Source: Squalus acanthias
Taxonomy: Eukaryota
DNA: 64,000 nucleotides
Reading direction: 5' to 3'
Assembly: GCA_030390025.1 (NCBI GenBank)
Contig: CM059432.1
Span: 30,134,001-30,198,000, forward strand
Numbering within the stretch: the first letter of the stretch is position 1; every line of letters starts with the position of its first letter. Positions 13,270 through 25,015 of the stretch are shown here, in pieces. Both the position numbers and the translations under genes were made by a program. Under the pieces are notes generated by a model, which worked only from the letters and a program-made list of their open reading frames with translations, ran no database searches and was not told the origin of the DNA.

Positions 13270-13680
13270 ACAATACACAGTATCGCGAGAGGGACCTGGG
13301 CCCCGGTTATAACCAAGACTGAGACTGAGCTCGCTCATTCCCCGGCTACAGGACTGGAGGCTGTGCTCGCTGACACTCACCGGTGAGGAGCTGGATCTGC
13401 CTCTCTAACGCTGCCCGCTCCTCCATGGTGCTCGCTGTTCATGACGACACCCACGGCTGCTTCTTACGCTGAGCCCAGCCGACAACGCCAAACGTCATAA
13501 CGTAACCGGTTGCGGTGCCGCCCAGCATGATTGACACCGCCGTTAGCCAGTCCCAAGCGGCGGACTTAACCACCAATCGGATTCAGTATTCGTCATGAAA
13601 GTGGGCGAGGCGATTGTATTTCTCGCAAAGAACTCTGGGAGGTGCAGTTGTTGCAGATAACCAATGACTTAAAGGGGCAG
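13270..13680 (-). promoter_or_regulatory. CpG-rich ZC3H3 promoter/first-exon region
   Basis: Local CpG enrichment around the ATG; ZNF143/SBS-like AACTGCACCTCCCAGAGTTC (minus, ~13630-13649); CCAAT motifs (~13572, ~13661); CRE-like half sites (TGACG/CGTCA); BANP-like TATCGCGAGA at 13281-13290. Confidence 0.7.
13381..13426 (-). CDS. ZC3H3: ZC3H3 coding exon 1 (MEERAALERQIQLLT+G)
   Basis: ATG in strong Kozak context (gcaccATGG); 46 nt ending in G|gtgagt donor; phase 1 joins the exon at 7972 to give MEERAALERQIQLLTALITNHKNVHGD, resembling the vertebrate ZC3H3 N-terminus as I recall it; lies in a CpG-rich segment. Confidence 0.9.
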
Positions 13681-16600
13681 TTACACTGTGTGCAACCTAT
13701 TGTAAACTGTGATTTACGATTTCATTATGCATAATCTACAGCAGGACTCTTTCCCTTGGATCAGCGTCAGCACTAATAATTCCCTACCACAGTCGAATAG
13801 TCCACTGACACTGTTTCCATTCGCACTTGATTAATCAGCTGTTTGTGCCCATAGAACTGAATTCCAACAAGAGTCAGCATCTTCAGGAGAGGGGAAAAAG
13901 TTATTAAAACAGACCCCAAGTGATATTCAGCTTCGTACCCATTAGGCTCAGGCAAATACGCAATACTCTTGAAAATTTAACACAGGCAAAAAGTGGAAAA
14001 TAGGCAAACAATGATGGAAGCAGGTATTAACATGTCTCAATTTATTTGCAGCGCACATGATACAGAAATAGAAATCTACCATCTTGGATCACAAGTAATG
14101 TCATCATCTGAGAAACACCAAAAAATACATTTTATACCAAAAAAACAATTGATTAGAGAGACACTTAGGACAAAATTTCTTACACACAAGTAAACATTAC
14201 CCCAGACATTCAGAAATGGATGTACAATTACTCAACATGAATCAGACACTTGGCAGTTTTTTTTTTAAATACATTTACTTTTGGTTTCACCCTCTCTTGC
14301 ATAAGAAAAATTAATAAAATGATAAAAATCAGTTTGGCTACAATTGGTGGTTTCTCCTGCATCTACTTCTGGGAATTTTCAAATGACTTTGCCTTGTATT
14401 GAAAACATCAACGGGACAAGTGCATTGTATTTGCGTACCATAAGATATGTTTTAGAAGTCGAAACTTTGTATAAAACCATCCTCTTCAATGGGAAAGATT
14501 AGTGTGAAAAATTGCTCTATTACGAGTGTGCAGCTTATACGCCAGATATTATATCTGTTCCCGTCCTCCCCAAAAAAAGGACTGTTGGATGAGAAAAGAG
14601 AAACACTGGAAACAGTGGTTACGGAGTAGATTACAACTTCCACCTCGCACCAAAGAAGTACAGGGTACTGAAAATGGGATTAAGATGCAATGAGTGGGTT
14701 TCTGGAGAGAGGGTAATACAGACCGAATGGAAAGGCGGTAGATGGGGTTGAGATTGATTAAATGACTTGGTGGGTCCAATGGCCTTTTACTGTTCCTAAA
14801 AATTCTTATGACTTGATTTACACAGCACAACATTGGCAACAATCAAAATCCTGGAACTTCCTACCCAACATTGTGGGAGTACCTTCACTACATGGACGGC
14901 AGCAGTTCAATAAGAAGGGCCACCGTCACCTTCTCAAGGGCAACTAGAGTTGGGCAATAAAAGCTGGCCTTGCCAGTGATGTCCATATCCCGAGAATGAA
15001 TAAAAAAAGAGGGCTACCGAGGCTACTGGCGACTGATCTTTACAGAAATAAATAGTTTTAAAACAAGGGATTGGTGAGGTAGAAGAAAATGAAATATGAA
15101 AAATTGTGCAACATGACCCCATTCTTTCAATTTGCAATACTGCCAAGCCCATGTACAAATAACCAATAGCTTCAGATCAAAGTGCAAGTTAGCACTTAAC
15201 TCTGATCACAAGTAGATATACACTTACAAAAAATAAAAATTATATTTCTATTAGAGCTGTGATATACATGTATAGTGTGACTTCAATGTACAGAACAATG
15301 ATTTAATACAGTTAAATCAAGAATGTGCTTAAAATTTGATCTAAATGAGAGTAATGCCTCAGAATGTGTCATTATACATGATATAAGCATGTTCAGTCCA
15401 TCAAGCTCATCCTGTCTAGTGTTTCAGTGCTGCAGGCAACACCCTCATCAATCATCCTCTGATTTCCTGTCCCTGAATGCTATAATAGAATATTTGCTTC
15501 CTTAATATTACAAAATAGGACAAACCATAGGACAGCCTCAAGGTATAAGCAAGCATCCAGTGGGGGGGAAAAAACCTTCACGTTATACTTTCTACTGACT
15601 ATCATTGCTCTACCATCTTACACAATCTTGGGATGGACTGGGGAGAAATTTCTGGTTAGACTGCAATTCACATTTGACAGGTTTAGGAGGTGTTGCAAAT
15701 TTTGCAAAGGCCTCTGACATCATGATCTAAACCAGCTCTCTATAAAGATACATAAATCTCCTTAAAATCAAGTGTAAAAATGTGTGTACAGTTATTATAA
15801 TTTACAGTTGCCATTCAAAGATCCTAGCAGCTGTACATGCATATAGGTAATTCCCCCACAGAGGGTACAACATGCATGAAAAGGTAACTTCCACTTTTCT
15901 TCATTGTTAAGAGCTATTTTGGTAGCACAATCCATGTGGTTGAGACAGTTGCCTAATGTGTACGGTGAGGCTAGTTACAGTGGGACTGGAATGATGCATG
16001 CAAAATCAGCTGGCGAGGTTTTGCAAATCAGGCAATGTGAATATTCGCTAAATCACGTGTTATATAACTCTATTGTAATGCAAACACCATGTTCCACATT
16101 TGTAACATATTCAATATAACTGCCCAGTGTCACACACAGTAAATGTAATTGTGCTTTAAAAGGAAAAAAACTACAAATGCTGGAGATACACAGCAAGTCT
16201 ATTTGCATAAAAAGCGCAGGTTAATCTTTTAGTGCTATCTCATGAAACTGGCGCTAATGGTGTTCCAGTTCAGGATATTTTCCCATCTGCCCTCCTCCCC
16301 TCTCCAAAACAAACTGAAAATCAGACACTTAACCCTTTCACCGTCACAAACCTATACTTGGGTTCAATTTGTGCTTAGGCGGTTCTGACGAAGGGGTTCT
16401 ATCCAAAATGGGAACCTATCCTTTCTCTTAGGTTTAGTTTTGACGAACAACCTAAAACAAAAGTTTAAAAAAATTCTGAACTAATTGCCACTCCAGATTA
16501 TTACCAGAGCAACTTCCTACATATAAGCCACTTGAGAAGGTGGAAGAAGCTAGATATTTTATACACACATGCACAAATGAGTATTATTTGCTAGTAAAAT

Positions 16601-17054
16601 ACAATGCATTTATTTAAAAAAATAAAAATTGACCCCATTATAATCCTGGTGTCAAAGTTGTAAAGCATCTACTCTTCTCGTCATGGAACAACTTGACAGC
16701 TATTATGGTGCTAGTAATAGAAAATATTAGAAAACCAGGAATAATAGGAAACAGATTAAAAAGTAGTGTTCAGTCTATTCAAAACAGAAAAGTACTATTG
16801 GCATTTAGATGATGTTTCTAAAGTACCAAACTTTACTTTCTTGGTTTAAGATCATCATCCAAACCCCTTGAGTGTTTCATTGTCTGTAAAAGGCAGTTTG
16901 TTTGCAAGTGGCCGATCCTATGTAAATAGCTACAGATATAGGAACAAAAAGTAATTTAAAGAAATAACAATGATTAAACATAGCAAGAGGTGAAGCCGTA
17001 CCTGTCCCTATTAAAGTACTATAGCACAATCATCTACATACATCTAAACAATAC

Positions 17055-17192
17055 AGACTACTCTAATTCAAAGGCATTTTTGCACTAAAAATTAAAATCA
17101 TGCAATAATCCAAATTAAATATTAATAAAGTGGGAATTTATGCTAAAAAAATCAAATTATTGAATTAAGCAACTTTGAATTAAGAGTAGACT
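17055..17192. mobile_element. Small AT-rich old MITE; partial second copy at ~5800-5908
   Basis: CAGACTACTCTAATTCAAAG ... CTTTGAATTAAGAGTAGACT inverted ends; AAAGTGGGAATTTA..GAATTAAGAGTAGACT shared with 5833-5908. Confidence 0.6.
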
Positions 17193-17942
17193 TTAACAGG
17201 CAAGAACTTAGTCCTATTTCATGAAGCTGACAATAGTGAAGTAGTAAAATAGATATTATCCCATTCCTCCAAAGAAAACCTAAGAAACAGTCATCTAACT
17301 TCTGCACAGCCACAAACCTACATTTAGGTTTGAAATGTGCAGCCAACATTAACCTATATCCTTTTAGTTCTGCTATATATATCTTTTATTTTAAAATAAT
17401 TTTACAACTTTGCTGCATTTTTTCTTTACTGAAATGGAAATCAATTAAAAAAAAAGTAAACAATAAAATGGACGGAAAAACAGCAGTGATTAGAGATAAC
17501 TTCATATCAACTAGAACTCAATCACTTTGATACCTTGCTTCTACAATATTTAAAGTTGATTCTGTTGCTCAGAATTCACCGTAGGGTAGAATTCAAAATG
17601 TTGGCGGCAACTGAGATGCATCTGCGGCTTGCCCAAACATCAGCTGCTAATACATGGAAAAAGAAAATGGTAGCCAACAGTGGCCCGAGATTTTCCTTTC
17701 AAGACAGGGGATGAAGGAACCTCTCATACATCAAGGAAATGCTGTTAGATGCATTCATTTGCGTAAATACTTCCATGTGATCAGATGTGATTGGGAAAAA
17801 GGATAATTTTCCTGAAATTCTAGACATAAGTTTCAGATTTAAGTCATCAAGCTTGGTGCTAAATCCCTTGAGTAGCAGGTTCTTAACAGCTTCCAAAGCA
17901 TATGTGACTATCATTCAGATCAACCAATGGCTCACCTGTTTA

Positions 17943-18372
17943 ATGATGCGGAGATGCCGGTGTTGGACTGGGGTGGACAAAATTGAGAGGTCGCACAACA
18001 CCAGGTTATAGTCCAACAGTTTTATTTGAAATCACAAGCTTTCGGAGTTACAACTCCTTCGTCGGGTGAAGTAAAGAGATACAGAATCGTCAAAGCATAT
18101 ATAGATAGAGAACAATGCATGTGTAACTTACAATTGCAGACAACTAAATTCAATCATCCTGACTAACTTTATCACACCTCGGCAGATAAACAGTCAGGAT
18201 GATTGAATTTAGTTGTCTGCAATTGTAAGTTACACATGCATTGTTCTCTATCTATATATGCTTTGACGATTCTGTATCTCTTTACTTCACCCGACGAAGG
18301 AGTTGTAACTCCGAAAGCTTGTGATTTCAAATAAAACTGTTGGACTATAACCTGGTGTTGTGCGACCTCTCA
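17943..18372 (-). mobile_element. Non-coding palindromic Penelope-like insertion (181-bp perfect inverted arms plus ~40-nt tail)
   Basis: 17984-18164 is the exact reverse complement of 18192-18372; direct repeat CTCACCTGTTTAA at 17931-17943 and 18369-18381; termini homologous to the GIY-YIG-containing element at 29563-30510. Confidence 0.88.
18287..18324 (+). ncRNA. Minimal hammerhead ribozyme motif (variant core CCGACGA); mirror copy on minus strand at 18032-18069
   Basis: TCAC-CCGACGA-A-GGAGT tgta ACTCC-GAAA-GCTT-GTGA: stem I TCAC/GTGA, stem II, palindromic stem III AGCT. Confidence 0.7.
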
Positions 18373-20134
18373 CCTGTTTAAGGCAGTGAGTAGCTGATAC
18401 AATTTGTTGTTTTAACACATTGTGCCATTGAACGGACAGACTCTGGTTCCAGATTTGAGCTGCACCTGAAAGTGGTCAGCAGAGACTAGATTGCAACAGT
18501 CAAGGGTTGGAGTTGGAGGGGGGGGAATTATTTAAATAAACTGCTAGGATAGTCATTACGAGTCACTCTCAAATACCTCCAAACCAGAGAGATCTGGCAG
18601 TATATTTCACCCATTTTCTCAGCAAATTCATGATCTATGGCATATGGACAAGAGTGGGGAAAAAAAGTGTAAAATAGAATCTTAGAAATTCATAAACCAC
18701 GCGTTTAGGATAACAGCACAACTCAGCTGCATTTTCTTACTCTTTCAGCTATTGCTTTGAGAAACTTAAAAAAAAATTATTCTCAGGACGTAGGTGGCAC
18801 TGGCAAAACTGCATTTATTGCCTGTCCCTAGTTACCCTGAGAAGGTGGTGTTGGGCCTTCTTCAACTGCTCCAGTCCTTGTGGTGATGGTGCTACACAAT
18901 AGCATTAGGTAGGGAATTCCAGGATGTTGACCCAGCAACAATGAAGGAGAGGCGATATATCTCCAGTTAGAATGGTGTAAGACAGAAGATGATGGTGTTC
19001 CCATGACATTGCTAGTTTTGTCTGTCTTAGTGGTAGTCGTCTCAGGGGAAAAGGTACTGTAAAAGTAATCTTGATAAGTTGCTGGAATGTTTATATAGAC
19101 TGCCAGCTATGCCTTAAACTGTAATAATGGTTCAGTAGGTAACTACACTGTGGTATTGGCACTTAGCCATATAAACCATGAAAAAAAGGTTTACTCTTTG
19201 ACCATTCAAAAATTGCTAATTTCATGGCAGTGCTCGGGTGCTACAATAGGGCTCAGTGTCCCTGAATGAAGGAGAGGAAGAAAAGGTCAATAAGGGCTCC
19301 CACTCTTGGAAATGTACAAATGTGGCCATCATATCAGGACCAAATTGTGCGCAGCTGTGAGATGTCGTTCGCCCAATCAAATAACCTGCTGACACTTTCT
19401 AGGCTCGTTCAAAGAATGGCCAGTAGGGCAAGAGACCAGGGGGTTGAATACGGAGCATTCAGAGAGCTTTTAACAAAGGTTACCGCTCAGGTGAACTTTA
19501 ATCTATAAATCAAAAGCTAATCTCATTCATTTCCACTCCCCTTTCTTTAATTATTTTGTTTACACAATATAATCGAGTCTTCAAAGGGGGAACAGAATAA
19601 AATATTGCAAAGTGTCAGACTATAATTTCTGAAAACATGGAATCCTTTAGTATAACATATGTTGCCCAAGGTCATTTTATGAATTGTCAGGAGGAAATAT
19701 GCAAAATTTCCACTGGATCTCGCTTTAACGTCTCCGATAGTGCAGCACTCCCTCAGCAGTGAACTGGATTTTCAGCCAAGATTATGTGCTTATATCCTGA
19801 AGTGGGGCTTGAACCCACGACTTTCTGACTCAGAGGTGAGAGTGCTACCACTGAGCCAAGTTTGACAAATATGAAAAATACTCAGCAGTACAATTAGAGA
19901 GTTAGTCTCAAACTTCGGTAGAATTTTTTTGGCTGTATAACACTAGGGTAAAGCAGTGGTGGTAACAGGTCTGTTACTGGTGGTGAGAAAGATTTAAGGT
20001 GAAGAATTGGAATGTGAATCAAGAAGCAGGAGTATGATTTTTCCTAAAGCTTTTAGTATAAATAAACCCAATAGCATCACTATTGAAACCTTATTAAACA
20101 AGCTCTTTAATACTGGACAGGAATCATAAACAAT

Positions 20135-20876
20135 GGCCCGTAATTTAGGGTTAGGGTTCGGATGCCTCCTATCGGGAAAAAATCTATGCCCTTACCTGAG
20201 GGCTCCTGAGGTCCAGACTCTTCCGATCCTGGGCCTCTCCTGGTGCGCGTGCAAAGGCCCAGGTATCCCAGGGGTGCAGGCAGTTTGCAAGCGTCCCTGG
20301 GATCACGTGGGCCAGGTGAGCCAATGGGAGAAGGGAATCCCCCTTCATACTTCTGACAGATAGACCTGTCAAAAGTATGAATGGGGATCATTGAAAAAAG
20401 ACACTACATTAAATAATTTTTTTTTAAAAATCACGTTTTTAAAATGAGTTAAAATTACATTAAATTAAATATTTTAAACAAAAATTTAATTTTTTGAAAA
20501 AATAATTAAAGTTTTTTACGGGGCTAAAAATAAACTTACCTTTTTTAAAAGTATTTTTACATTATAAATGAGTGAAAAAAATTTTTTTTTTACTTTTTTA
20601 AACTCTTATGCTGGTAAAAGCAGGCCTTACGACTGCTTTTACCAGGCATAAGATTTTTAAGGGATTTCAGCGGGCGAAGGTTCTGCAGAAAGCGGAACAC
20701 TCCACCCGCAGAGGCCCTTCTCCAGGGCAGGCGTGCGATCTGTCAAGAGGATTCTTGACAGATCAGAAGTGCCGGTTTTCAGCGCATGCGCTTCGCATGC
20801 CTGAAACCGGCACTTGAGGTCCCTACGGGTGTGTACACAGCTCGTACACACCCGTAGATATCAGAAAATACGGGCC
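20135..20876. mobile_element. Harbinger-like non-autonomous element, hairpin-rich
   Basis: TIR GGCCCGTA(a/t)TTT; 3-bp AAT duplication; several internal palindromes. Confidence 0.75.
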
Positions 20877-21000
20877 AATGAGTGTTATAGGAGAGGTTGC
20901 AGTATATCCCAGATAACCTATATTAGGGGTGGCATTGCAGTAAAGGAGATATAGTACAAGCACTGGGTTTTTAGATGTGATTGTAGTAGAACACAAAGTC

Positions 21001-21332
21001 TGGAGGTGCCGTCTTTCTGATGAGACGTTAAACTGAGGCCCTGTCTGCTCTCAGGTGGACGTAACGATCCCATGGGATTAGTTCGAAGAAGAGTAGGGGA
21101 GTTATGAATGGTGTCCTGGCCAATATTTTTCCCTCAAATCAACATCACTAAATCAGATTATCTGGTCATCATCTCATTGCTGTTTGTAGGAGCTTGCTGT
21201 GCGCAAATTGGCTGCCGCGTTTCCGACATTACAACAGTGACTACACTTCAAAAGTACTTCATTGGCTGTAAATGCTTTGTAACGTCCTGCGGCCGTGAAA
21301 CACGCTATATAAATGCAAGTCTTTCTTTCTTT
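21001..21332 (+). mobile_element. 5'-truncated Deu-domain SINE
   Basis: High similarity to 28825-29160. Confidence 0.78.
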
Positions 21333-21506
21333 TACAGTATTGTTTTTTACTTACAGAATTTTGTTCAACTCAATCATATGTGCATGACAAGCTGTAACTG
21401 CAAAAGCAGACACTTTCTAACTGTCTCACTCTCCTCCTCATTCCTCCAACAAATATATATATATTACGCACATACTGGTCAAACTGCTCTTCAGGAACTA
21501 AATAAA

Positions 21507-22216
21507 GGGGGAGAAATTGGATACCTTTGCGCCTCCAGTTATCGCCTCCAGGGGGCGATAACGGGGCACTAACCACTTACCGCCAGGGCGCGGCGAGAAT
21601 ATCGCCTCCGGCTAAATTCGGCGGGGGGTTTGTGGCGGCGGTATGGTGGTGTTGAGCCCCGATCTTCTTCGCCCGGAGATCGTGATGTCATTGCCGTGCG
21701 CATCGCCCCGGACACGAACCTCGGTTTCGCCACCTGCAGCATCATTGGGTGACAACACCGGCAGCTGCAGGAGGCGTTCATCGGGAAGCCGGGTGCTTCG
21801 GGGCGATACTTTAAGGCAAGGTGGCCGAGGTAGGGAAAAAAAATAATCAAATGCTCGTTTTCTGTTTTTTTCCCTTTTTTCCCCAGCGCTCGATCAGCCC
21901 GGCACTCTACTGCAGTGCATCAGGCTGGATCGGGGACCAGATAAATTGCTTTCCATTGCAGAGCCTTGGCCCTTCTCTTTAATGGAGGGAAGGAGCCTTC
22001 CAACACGGCCCAGTGTGCAGCGCTGCACACCTACCACCCCGCCTGCTGCCTGTTGCGCCCCAGGAAGGAAGTGGAGCGCTTGATTTAGTGCTCCACTTCC
22101 TTCCTGGAGCGCAAAACCGAATTTTTTTAAAGTTGAGAAACATTAACACCTGGTGCTAATTTTTTCAACTTTTAAAAGTTAGCGCCCCAAACGGGGCTAT
22201 AATGAATTTCTCCCAC
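21507..22216. mobile_element. GC-rich Harbinger-like MITE
   Basis: TIR G(g/t)GGGAGAAATT; related to the copies at 31034 and 47966; internal GCGCC-rich palindromes. Confidence 0.72.
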
Positions 22217-24811
22217 TAAGGGTTTAACTGAATGAGTATTCTGTTGCAGTACAGCAGCAAGCAAAATCTGATGTCACATAATGCACTGAGTATGAGGCCT
22301 GTATTTTCCAGTTTCTGACCTGCCCAAGCGGGTCGGTAGGCCGTGGAAGTCCAGGTTTCCTGGCACAACATAATGGGCGGGTTCCCCGCCCGGAAGCCAG
22401 CCTGATTGACAGGTTGGTTTCCAGTCGGATGGGGAATGCTGGCTGGACAGGATGCTGCAGCAACAGGTAGGTGCTGGGTCCAAGGGAGGGGGTTTCCAAG
22501 CCGGTGAGGGGGTCCGATCCCCAATTCCGGGGCTGAGTTCGATCCCAAGGGGGGATCCGATCCCTGACCCCGGGGGAGGAGTTGTGATCCCCAGGGGGGT
22601 CCGATTCCCCGAACCTGGGGAGGGGCGAGCTGCTGGTGGGTGAGCTTGGGGGTCCGGGAGGAAGCACTCCTGCTCCTCCCGGCCCACAAGGATTGCTCCC
22701 CGAGGCAGTTCCCACCTTGCTGCAGCTACTGGGAATCTCGAGGCCTGGGATTCCCAGCCGGCTGCAGTTAAACCTGCACAGCACATTAAAGCAGAGTCTT
22801 CAGGCCCCATTATCAGATTTAAAATGCCAACCCGCCTCCTGGTAGCGGGTTGGCTGCCCGCCCCTGTCCCGCCTGATTAAAAGTTGAAAGTGGGTGGGTT
22901 GGAGGCAGGTTGCGGTCGGATTTAAATTTTTAAAACTTTAACTTCCCCCTCTCCCACATTCCCACCCCCGCCTTCAGCCCACCCATTTTTTCATGTGAAA
23001 ATTCCCCCCTGACTTTGACATTTTCCTTACTAAAATGAAAACAAAACACAAATGTGTGCCTAAATATAGAGAATGGACTTGGCACAAATAAATTCCTCAC
23101 ATGTTTCTCCAATGGCGAGTCAGTCACCCATGAATGAACTTTTTACAGTGGCAGCTGCAGTTAGCTTCATCGGTTTGCAAAGGACCAACACCTACAAGAG
23201 AATATGTTTACCTAAAAAAAAAAATCAGACATAAACAAGTGCTACGTTTTCTCGTGTTGAAAACAAAGGGGCAGCATATTCCGGTGAATCTCTATCAGTA
23301 TTAGAGCTGCTTCCTTTTTTTTTTAAATTGAAATTTAAAATATGATCGGGGAGGCAGTTAAAGCCAGCATCACAATAGTGGGCCTTCACTGTCTCAGTTT
23401 AGAATGTAGTCTGACCCCTGCCCAAACCCAATCCCTGCCTGGATTACTGCTTTTGGCTCTGCTATTGACTAGTATACATGAAATTTGCAGCATAATGATG
23501 CTCAACAGCAGTCAAGTTTTATAGTCTATAGTTTCTTCCACCCAAAACATTTCCAGGAACATCTAATTAAATAGAGTATATTTTGAAAATATACAACATT
23601 TTCGTTAGATCTTCATGCAAATGATCCAAGTCTCTGGAGCAATGGTAGATTGAAGTAGGAGATCCTTCAGTCTTGTCCCACAGATCTGAGTCCTTTGGCC
23701 ATCAACAGAACTTTAAAGAAAAATTATGAATAGATTAAAGTCTAAAAGCACAGTTTTTGTCCTTAAGATAATCTCTATATGAGAGCAGCATGGAATAAAC
23801 TAAATTAATTCTACCAAGCCAAACCCAGCATGGCTTCCTAATATATGTAATACAGCTCTCGCTGTTTTCTGTGGTGGGGGGTGGGGGGTGGGGAAGGGAA
23901 GCAAACAACACTGTTGCTGGTTCCCAATGTGCAGATTATATGAAGGAACAAACTAAGAGGAAGGTGAGAAATAAATGAACCTGTATTCAATTCTTTATAG
24001 AGCAGAAAGTAATACTGAGACCCGTGGGACAAGTCAGAAGGATCTTGCACCTTTAATCTACCATCACTCCTAAGACAGGTTAATAATACTTTTTTAATAA
24101 AATATTGTCTTCTGATAATCTGCTGGTATGGTGCTGCTTGCTGGACCTTCACTGCTGTTATTGTTGAAGACAGATCACAGCAAGCTGTAGACAGGGATTA
24201 TCACAAGACCAAAATAAAGCTTTGCCTGAAGGAGAAAAATACACGCTCTTGGCAGGCCTAAAATGAAGCAAAGATAAGGCCCAACATGATGACAGATCTG
24301 ATAAAGGTCTTACCCTGGAGCAGCAGCCTCAAATGGTCATTTGTTAATAATGAGTTACAAATAGTTTATAAACTCTCATCCAGTGAAGAAAAACTCAAAT
24401 AGAAATGGAAAATGCTAGAAATGCACAGCATCTTAAAGAGAAAGACAGTCAATGTTTTGGGTGGGACTTTTCATCAGGCCTGACATGGAAAACCCTTCCA
24501 CTTCAACTAAGCTGGCAGTAGTGATCTACTGCAAGATATTGAAACCCTTTTTGCTGTGGCATGTCTCTCCTCACCTCGCCTCGTCCCTCCCCCACCACAA
24601 CTGTCTGCCACAAACGAGCCTTTCAGTAAAGGAACAGTTCACAAGTCTAATACGTGTTCAAGAAGAAAGGGTTGGAGTGGTAATACATCCTGTAGTGCAT
24701 GATTGACAGGGCTTCAAGTGAGATGAACTTCTATAGAACCGTTCTGCATCCTTAGTTGAGATGGGTATGTTTGTGGAGCTAATTCTCACAGCATAGGACT
24801 GACGAGACTCT

Positions 24812-25015
24812 TCAGTAGAATGATCCATCGTCTGTTACGGCAATGAAGGGTAAGCTGTGAGTGCTGCCATCCTTGCTTGTATTTTTCTTCTTGTTCCAGG
24901 TGATCAGCAAGGCTGAACTCTTGCTAGAATCTGCAATTTTCCTGCTGTTCTCTTTATCATTCCCAGAGAAGATGCTTGTTGAGGACATTGTACCTAGAAG
25001 AGATTTTCTGTCAGC
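24812..25015 (-). CDS. RHPN1: RHPN1 terminal coding exon (ADRKSLLG...LPFIAVTDDGSFY*)
   Basis: Polypyrimidine tract plus cagcag| acceptor; open for 67 codons in phase 0 to TGA at 24812-24814. Confidence 0.8.
   Translation of the reverse strand, partial: ADRKSLLGTMSSTSIFSGNDKENSRKIADSSKSSALLITWNKKKNTSKDGSTHSLPFIAVTDDGSFY

Noticed and set aside
14000..17700. AT-rich, repeat-poor stretch as an extended RHPN1 3' UTR or lncRNA
   Set aside because: Composition is suggestive, but no transcript boundary or poly(A) site can be fixed from sequence alone.
22216..22810. Three overlapping 157-186 aa ORFs
   Set aside because: GC-rich repeat sequence with few stop codons; Pro/Gly-rich translations with no recognisable domain or splice context.
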